Assembly: GCA_900768845.1 (NCBI GenBank)
Contig: CAAGEK010000020.1
Span: 14,011 to 78,010 of the forward strand
Reading direction: 5' to 3'
DNA from: Alphaproteobacteria bacterium
GTDB lineage: Bacteria > Pseudomonadota > Alphaproteobacteria > CAAGCB01 > CAG-977
DNA length: 64,000 bases
Position 1 is the stretch's first letter. Each line of letters begins with the position of its first letter. Of the stretch, positions 58,545 to 64,000 are shown one piece after another. Both the position numbers and the translations under genes were made by a program. The notes below the pieces were generated by a model that did no database searches, had not been told where the DNA came from, and worked only from the letters and a program-made list of their open reading frames with translations.

Positions 58545-59009
58545 ATGAATAAAATTTTATTTTTGTTTTTTGTTTCCTTAATTTCGTCTTGCACGGCACG
58601 GCAAGAGGAAAACATAACTTCCGACACTCGGCAAATAACAGAGCATTCCGAGCAACATACAGAACAAAATAAAAAAGATATTCCGGAAAAGCAAAAAAAT
58701 AAAAAATGTATGGATATGGAGCATTTTAAAATTATTCAAGTATTTCAGGATAATTCCGCTCTGGCAAAAAAATGCGACTCCATATCAGATAAGTATTGTT
58801 CTTTCCCTGTTGTTTTACTAACGCCTCAGCAAGGGGTTGATTACTACGACGATATGTATGTCGGACTGCCTGATAACAAGTGCGCCGTACAAGACGGCGT
58901 ATACCGTTATGAAACAAGGCAAGAAATTATAAAAACAGTTCCCCGAATTAAATGGGATTATAAATATCCCGTTAAAAAAAAGAACAAACGAAGCAAAAAC
59001 GGAATTTAA
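58545..59009 (+). CDS. Hypothetical lipoprotein (AT-rich islet)
   Basis: Strong RBS AAAAGGAG, lipobox LISSCTA. Lys/Asn-rich 154-aa protein. Markedly lower GC than the flanks. Confidence 0.55.
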   Translation: MNKILFLFFVSLISSCTARQEENITSDTRQITEHSEQHTEQNKKDIPEKQKNKKCMDMEHFKIIQVFQDNSALAKKCDSISDKYCSFPVVLLTPQQGVDYYDDMYVGLPDNKCAVQDGVYRYETRQEIIKTVPRIKWDYKYPVKKKNKRSKNGI

Positions 59010-59067
59010 ATTATCGTATTCATTAAATGCGAAAACGCTTATCGTTCGGAGAAAAAAACGAAAATCC

Positions 59068-59355
59068 ATGAAAACAGGACTTCAAAAAATCCTTGACGCT
59101 TGGAAAACCGAACAGGAAAGCGGACGGGAAATCGAATGTTTCCTGTTCAAATACGGTAACGTAACGTTCGATTTCGCAGGAAGATTTTTTGCGTTCGTTT
59201 ATGACGATGCAAAAACATTTTCCGTGAATTACGACTATGTTTCTTTTGAGGAAATGCTTGACTCCGTCATCATCGAAACGGGGAAATCTCCTCGCCGGAT
59301 GTTGGAAGAATTGAGTGAAATTGACGTTTCTCTAAGCATTTCCCCCTTCTTTTGA
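59068..59355 (+). CDS. Hypothetical small cytoplasmic protein (95 aa), AT-rich islet
   Basis: ORF between the lipoprotein and the papain-like gene; weak RBS; no motifs. Confidence 0.4.
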   Translation: MKTGLQKILDAWKTEQESGREIECFLFKYGNVTFDFAGRFFAFVYDDAKTFSVNYDYVSFEEMLDSVIIETGKSPRRMLEELSEIDVSLSISPFF

Positions 59356-59490
59356 GCGTAATGCTCAAATTTGGCTTCATTAAAAAGGCGGATACGGTTT
59401 TCCGCCTTTCCATTTTAAAAAATTTTTTCCATTTTTCTTTTTTTGACAAAAATTTCTGATAAAATATGGAGAGTCAGGAGAATTTCCATT

Positions 59491-60231
59491 ATGCCGAACG
59501 AAACCGAAAAGAATAAAAATTGCCGGATCACGCTGTATTTAGATACTCCGAAGCCTTTGTTGAGGCCGTTCAAGGATTTTACCAAGCACAACCAACTGGA
59601 AAGCCTGATCGTAAGCGGCGCGCCGGATATTACGGCTTTGACGGGACACGTCTTCGTCGGATTGACAGACGAAAAAGGGCGGGAAGAACGTTGGGGCTTT
59701 TGGGGGGAACGGACTTCCCCTTATCACGCAATCGCAGGAACGAAAGGCATTTTCGATAAAGAGGAAACCTCTTCCCCGTATAACGAAGCCATCGTGTGGA
59801 ACGTCACGCCGAAGCAGTTGGAAGCCGCCAAAAACGCCGTAAAAGAAAACAGAGAAGCCCCCGGAACTTACAGATTGTTTGAAAGAAACTGCACAACGGT
59901 GGCTCTTGGCGTGGTCAAAGCCGCCGGAATCACCGGTTTGCCGTCGTCAAAATGGGGCATGACCCCGCACGCTTTGGTATTGAAAAAACGGTGGATGTTG
60001 GCGAAACGGCGGTTGGAAGTCGCCCGTTTCAAGGTAAAGAATCTTTTCTCTCCTTTGTTCGGAAAAGAGAAAATCCCAAACGAGGAATTACTGAAATCCC
60101 TTCGCTCTAAACCGTTGCCGGTTCCCATCAACAACGGAATGAAAGCTTTCCGTCAAAACAGGGACAACGACGAAACAAAGCCTCTCGACGTTTCAAAAAT
60201 CATTGCTTCCATTTCAAAAATCCGTTCTTGA
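59491..60231 (+). CDS. Permuted papain-like (NlpC/P60 superfamily, LRAT/YiiX-like) putative amidase/acyltransferase with His-His-Cys arrangement
   Basis: AGGAG RBS. TGHVFVGL (His), SPYHAIAG (His), then ~60 aa later YRLFERNCTTVALGVVKAAGI (compare the LRAT-family NCEHF catalytic Cys motif). The listed ORF starts earlier at 59443; 59491 is preferred because of the RBS. Confidence 0.5.
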   Translation: MPNETEKNKNCRITLYLDTPKPLLRPFKDFTKHNQLESLIVSGAPDITALTGHVFVGLTDEKGREERWGFWGERTSPYHAIAGTKGIFDKEETSSPYNEAIVWNVTPKQLEAAKNAVKENREAPGTYRLFERNCTTVALGVVKAAGITGLPSSKWGMTPHALVLKKRWMLAKRRLEVARFKVKNLFSPLFGKEKIPNEELLKSLRSKPLPVPINNGMKAFRQNRDNDETKPLDVSKIIASISKIRS

Positions 60232-60764
60232 AAACCGCCCGTAAGCTTTTCAATGCCCTTCCTTGCGTTTTTTCGTTACGGAACAGTTATAAAAAAGTGT
60301 CCCACGCGCAAAACATACGGCTCTTTCTCAACGGGCATAGCTCTCATATTACCGGTTATACCTGAATGATGTTTTGTTTGCGTCGGTGCGAACAATTCGT
60401 TACGGATTCCCCTGTCCGGTGTCACTTGATTTGATGCGGCATCTTTTTTATGCCGGATATACCGACCGTATCCACAATTCTTTGCTTCGATATTTGTTTT
60501 TAATATTACTCCATTATTCATAAATCGGAAGACTGCTTTTCCTTTTCAGCCGTCCCGCCCATCTTCGGCGGTATTCCGCTGCAAGACACGCTTCCGCTTT
60601 CGGAAGATTCAGTCCTTTCCATTTGTATAATTTCCTTAACGTTTGGTCTATTTTGCATTTGACTTCAATATTCGCAGGTTCATCAACCTACTGCATTATA
60701 ACAAAGGAGTTTTTTCCGCACATCGCCGAAAGAGTTCCGGAACCACGCACCTTGCGGCGCAATA

Positions 60765-60801
60765 CAAAAAAACAGCTTCGACTGCCGGCCGAAGCTGTTT
60801 T
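60765..60801 (-). terminator. Rho-independent terminator downstream of the GGDEF gene (bidirectional hairpin)
   Basis: CAGCTTCG-ACTGCCGGC-CGAAGCTG hairpin flanked by an A-run (plus) and T-run (minus), 13 nt beyond the GGDEF stop at 60814. Confidence 0.65.
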
Positions 60802-60813
60802 CCATCATTTCCG

Positions 60814-63057
60814 TCACGATACGGGCGGTTTCGGAGGAACAACGCCGCCCGCAGGCATCTTGGGAACTTTCACCCGTCCGGCGACGGGGACTTTGCGAAT
60901 GCCCCCCGCGGGTATTTTCTTTATCATTTTCTTGACCGGCGGCGGCGGAGGGGGAGGAGAAACCGGCTCGGAAACCGCAGGCAAATCCTCATCCGGCAAC
61001 TCATCGTCAAGAGTGCCGCTTACCGGCGCAACGACGTCGTCATCGTCGGGAAGCTCGTCTTTCTCTTCCACGATATGCGGCTTATCGGCGGCTCCCGCAT
61101 ACCCGAAAGGATTATCGTCATCATCGTCGGGAAGATCCGGCTCCGTTTCACCGGAAACATCCGGCATTCCGAGCGGAGCCGGTTCGTTTGCGTGACCAAA
61201 CGGATCGGATACGGGACTTTGCGACGCGGGACGGGAAGGTGTTTCGTCGGGCAAATCGTCGTCATATAAATCATCCAAAGAAACGCCCGCCGACATTTTT
61301 CCTTTCTTGGGAGCGGGTTCGTCATCGTCGTCATCCAAAGGAGCGTCATCGTCAAGATAAGTCCCGCCGCTTTGTCCCGCATAAGCCGTCGGCAAAGCGT
61401 CGTCGGGAATCGGAGAAACCGGCGCGGACGAAGCGGCCGGCGCAGGCGCAGGAACGGAAGACGGCGTAAAGTAATACAGCGGGGCTTCCAATGCTTTTTT
61501 AATTTCATCGTCCACCGGAGCGACCGTATCTTTGTCCGCGCCGTCCTCTCTGCGGATAATGACTCTGTTACGGCCGTTCTCCTTGGCGACATACAGGGCT
61601 TCGTCAGCCATTTTCAACATTTCTTCAACATTATCGGTGACTTCCGAAGAAACAAGGCCGATACTGACGGTGAAACGGACGTCTTCGTTTTGTTCGTTTT
61701 TCACAACAATCTTGGAAATGTTGATTCTCAAACGTTCCGCAACGCGGTGCGCATTTTCCAAAGAAACTTCCGGCAGTAAAATGACGAATTCCTCACCGCC
61801 GAAACGGGCGACAATGTCCGATTCGCGCAACGTCATGCGGCAACAATTCGCCAACGCCTGCAAAACCAAATCGCCGACAGCGTGCCCGTGTGTGTCGTTG
61901 ACGTTTTTAAAGTGATCCGCATCAATCATAAACAAACAGAACGGATGTTGATAACGTCTGGAACGCTGAACCTCTTTCATGGCCAGTTCCTCGAACTGGC
62001 GACGGTTGTAACAATTCGTCAGCGGATCACGCGTCGCCTGATCGAACAGCTTCATTTCCTTTTTCTTGCGACCCGTAATGTCTTGGAACGCCATATAAAG
62101 GGCGATTTCATATTCGAAATCGATGACGCGCACGGATAACAACAGCCAGAACGGTTCGCCTTTGCGCGGCTTAACCAAAATTTCAAAATCGTCAACGACC
62201 GGTTTCTTTTCAAGCCTTGCCAGCAATTCCCGCCGGCTGGACGGATCGGCAAGGTAATCGACCGTTTTGAAATTCCCCGGATGTTTGACGTCCAAACCGA
62301 ACAAAGCTCCCGCCTTGTCATTAATCAACATTAAACGGTCGTCTTTCAATCGGGAAATGATAATGGGGGAAGGCGATTTTTGAATCATCAAACGCAAACG
62401 GTTTTTGCTTTCCTCCGCTTCCTGAACCAGTTCTCCGAAACGGTGAGCCAGCAGGTTGTTTGAAATCAAAATCAAACCGCACGTCACGCCGATATACAAA
62501 AACGTTTCAAGCATCGGCGAAATCAGGTTGCGCCCCCATGCGAACAAATCCAACAGGTTGAACAGCGCGATGAAAATCAGCATCCATCCCGTCAGCACAA
62601 AGCCCAGAGAGGTCTTTAAGGATTTCTTGTTCCACAGGGATGCGGCCAAAGCACCGTATCCCGCCGTCGAAACGGCAAAAGAAAGCGTCAGCATATTCAT
62701 ATCGCGCAAAACGCCGACGACGTACCAGCTCCACCCGACGGTACAAAGAGCCGCGGCGATTAAAACCGTGCCGTTGAGTTTTTTCATCCCTTTGATCATC
62801 AGCGCGCCGGCAATCAGGCACACGGCGGAAACCAGACGCAAAGACAAGGTCACGAAGTAATATGATCCTTCGTCAAAAACGGGAATGGCGAAAATAAGCA
62901 GTTTTGCCGCAAAAACGCACAAAAAACCGTAAAATACGGCAGAAATCCCTTGGGAAAAATCCGACTGATCTTTTAAATACCGCAGTGCCAGCAAAATGCC
63001 TGCCAGCCCGAACAAGACCGGCGTCAAGCCCGCAGACGAATTTAAAGCCATGTTCAT
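60814..63057 (-). CDS. Membrane-anchored diguanylate cyclase (multi-TM sensor + PAS-like + GGDEF with intact GGEEF) carrying a ~250-aa acidic/proline-rich disordered C-terminal tail
   Basis: N-terminal ~8 hydrophobic helices, RFGGEEFVILLPE active-site motif, RxxD-like I-site context. The tail is rich in DDDD/LPDE/PAPAP and ends PPPPPPPVKKMIKKIPAGG. Confidence 0.8.
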   Translation of the reverse strand: MNMALNSSAGLTPVLFGLAGILLALRYLKDQSDFSQGISAVFYGFLCVFAAKLLIFAIPVFDEGSYYFVTLSLRLVSAVCLIAGALMIKGMKKLNGTVLIAAALCTVGWSWYVVGVLRDMNMLTLSFAVSTAGYGALAASLWNKKSLKTSLGFVLTGWMLIFIALFNLLDLFAWGRNLISPMLETFLYIGVTCGLILISNNLLAHRFGELVQEAEESKNRLRLMIQKSPSPIIISRLKDDRLMLINDKAGALFGLDVKHPGNFKTVDYLADPSSRRELLARLEKKPVVDDFEILVKPRKGEPFWLLLSVRVIDFEYEIALYMAFQDITGRKKKEMKLFDQATRDPLTNCYNRRQFEELAMKEVQRSRRYQHPFCLFMIDADHFKNVNDTHGHAVGDLVLQALANCCRMTLRESDIVARFGGEEFVILLPEVSLENAHRVAERLRINISKIVVKNEQNEDVRFTVSIGLVSSEVTDNVEEMLKMADEALYVAKENGRNRVIIRREDGADKDTVAPVDDEIKKALEAPLYYFTPSSVPAPAPAASSAPVSPIPDDALPTAYAGQSGGTYLDDDAPLDDDDDEPAPKKGKMSAGVSLDDLYDDDLPDETPSRPASQSPVSDPFGHANEPAPLGMPDVSGETEPDLPDDDDDNPFGYAGAADKPHIVEEKDELPDDDDVVAPVSGTLDDELPDEDLPAVSEPVSPPPPPPPVKKMIKKIPAGGIRKVPVAGRVKVPKMPAGGVVPPKPPVS

Positions 63058-63158
63058 CGTAAAAAAACTCCTTTTAAATTTTATTCTATAGTATAATGCT
63101 GTTGCAGAGCAAAGATGATTTTGTCATAACTGAAAAAAAACATTGTTTGAGGGCTGTT

Positions 63159-64000
63159 ATGGTACAGGACGCATTAATGGAAGACGCCGGCGTATCCGGA
63201 ACGTTGGATGAAATGGAACAAATTTCGCTCAACGAAAAAACTTTTGAAAAACGCCGGTTGCGCCCGTTGACTCATTTTTTGGATTTTGACATTTCAAAAC
63301 GGCCGACACAGGCTCAGGACAGGGTGTCAAAAGTACGCGTCTATACGGGAATCGCCGCGGGCGTGTTTTTAATCGTGTTGGGATTGGCGTCAAATATATC
63401 GTTTACCGATACAACCCCTTTGATTTCAGCCGAAACTCAAGCCGCCGCATCTCAAGAAGGCGGATTCAGCGCATCATGGTTGTTCGTCGCGCTGGGGTTG
63501 TTCCTGATTGTTACGCGGCTGCTTTTGCTGTTTTACGGGCGCGATTTTTTCATCGGCCAGAAATTCGCCGCCGTTGTTATTCAAAAGCCTTTTGAGCGTA
63601 GCAACCGGATGGCGGATTCCCTTACCGGATACATCGGCGTCCGTTACCGTTCCCGTATCGTCAATGTTTTGGGACTGACTTCATACACTCAGCATATCAT
63701 CGATTTACAGCATCCCAACGAAGCGAAAACCATCCCTTTGTACATTACAAACAACGGAAACGGCATTTCGGAAAAATGGAGGGTCTTGGCCGAACAGCTG
63801 GATATGCCCGCCGTTTTCAATACTGCCGACGGAATTGTGGAAATCCCGCTTGAAGATATTGAAAAGCCTTTGCCCGTATTGATCGCCGAAAACAAAGTTT
63901 CCATCGATTCTTCAAATCTGTATAAACTGCCGTCTTCGTTTAAAATCATCGAAACGGACAAATCGTGTGAGATCGAACCGCAAATCCGTGACAGTGCGTT
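63159..64000 (+). CDS. Hypothetical membrane protein (two TM segments), 5' part; ORF continues past the window end
   Basis: Open frame from ATG 63159 to the window end with no stop (not in the supplied ORF list because it is open-ended). Hydrophobic segments VYTGIAAGVFLIVLGLA and WLFVALGLFLIVTRLLLLFY. Confidence 0.55.
   Translation, partial: MVQDALMEDAGVSGTLDEMEQISLNEKTFEKRRLRPLTHFLDFDISKRPTQAQDRVSKVRVYTGIAAGVFLIVLGLASNISFTDTTPLISAETQAAASQEGGFSASWLFVALGLFLIVTRLLLLFYGRDFFIGQKFAAVVIQKPFERSNRMADSLTGYIGVRYRSRIVNVLGLTSYTQHIIDLQHPNEAKTIPLYITNNGNGISEKWRVLAEQLDMPAVFNTADGIVEIPLEDIEKPLPVLIAENKVSIDSSNLYKLPSSFKIIETDKSCEIEPQIRDSA

Noticed and set aside
60623-61269. Two overlapping + strand ORFs with poly-Gly/Ser/Arg stretches
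   Set aside because: They are the mirror image of the D/P-rich tail of the minus-strand GGDEF gene, that is, compositional artefacts.

Overview
This is a 64-kb chromosomal segment that looks alphaproteobacterial, at roughly 50% GC. The assignment rests on the DnaK N-terminus, the fabD-fabG-acpP-fabF-mltG and obgE-proB-proA-nadD-rsfS-rlmH gene orders, an IalB-family protein and Sel1/SPOR proteins. It is densely coding and mostly housekeeping: dnaK (truncated), rplU-rpmA, obgE, proBA, nadD, rsfS, rlmH, gpmI-envC-like-ctpA-yibQ-like, rppH, recR-ybaB-dnaX, SRP RNA, the fab cluster, rpsF-rpsR-rplI, dnaB, cca, rsmB, yicC, gmk and an M3 oligoendopeptidase. Between these sit several accessory modules that are worth a second look:
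- a promoter-driven cell-envelope operon (Bax-like glucosaminidase, an MBOAT O-acyltransferase, then three translationally coupled AlgJ/AlgX-like DTHW-motif paralogs with gene-conversion tracts);
- a convergent trio of lipoproteins (LPP20-like, LpoB-like, TPR-like);
- a tRNA-Arg(ACG) flanked by an HExxH zincin-like protein and a flavin-reductase-like protein with an RPF-repeat basic tail;
- an operon of two tandem, catalytically degenerate GGDEF-EAL paralogs plus a DUF4339(GYF-like)-AIM24 protein;
- a ~65-bp tandem repeat (x3.4) in a 907-bp rpmA-obgE spacer, and a degenerate ~40-bp repeat array in a 638-bp rplI-dnaB spacer;
- between rppH and recR, a lipoprotein gene interrupted at a poly-T(8) tract (candidate phase variation) next to a stand-alone PARP-like (H-Y-E) ADP-ribosyltransferase catalytic domain;
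- a degraded IS transposase;
- a clearly AT-rich islet (about 58.46-60.77 kb) encoding a lipoprotein, a small protein and a permuted papain-like (LRAT/YiiX-like, His-His-Cys) enzyme;
- an active GGEEF diguanylate cyclase carrying a ~250-aa acidic/proline-rich disordered C-terminal tail.
Several unrelated proteins (RsfS, CtpA, MltG, the flavin reductase, a polytopic membrane protein) carry lysine-rich low-complexity extensions. No CRISPR array, rRNA or intact prophage was seen.
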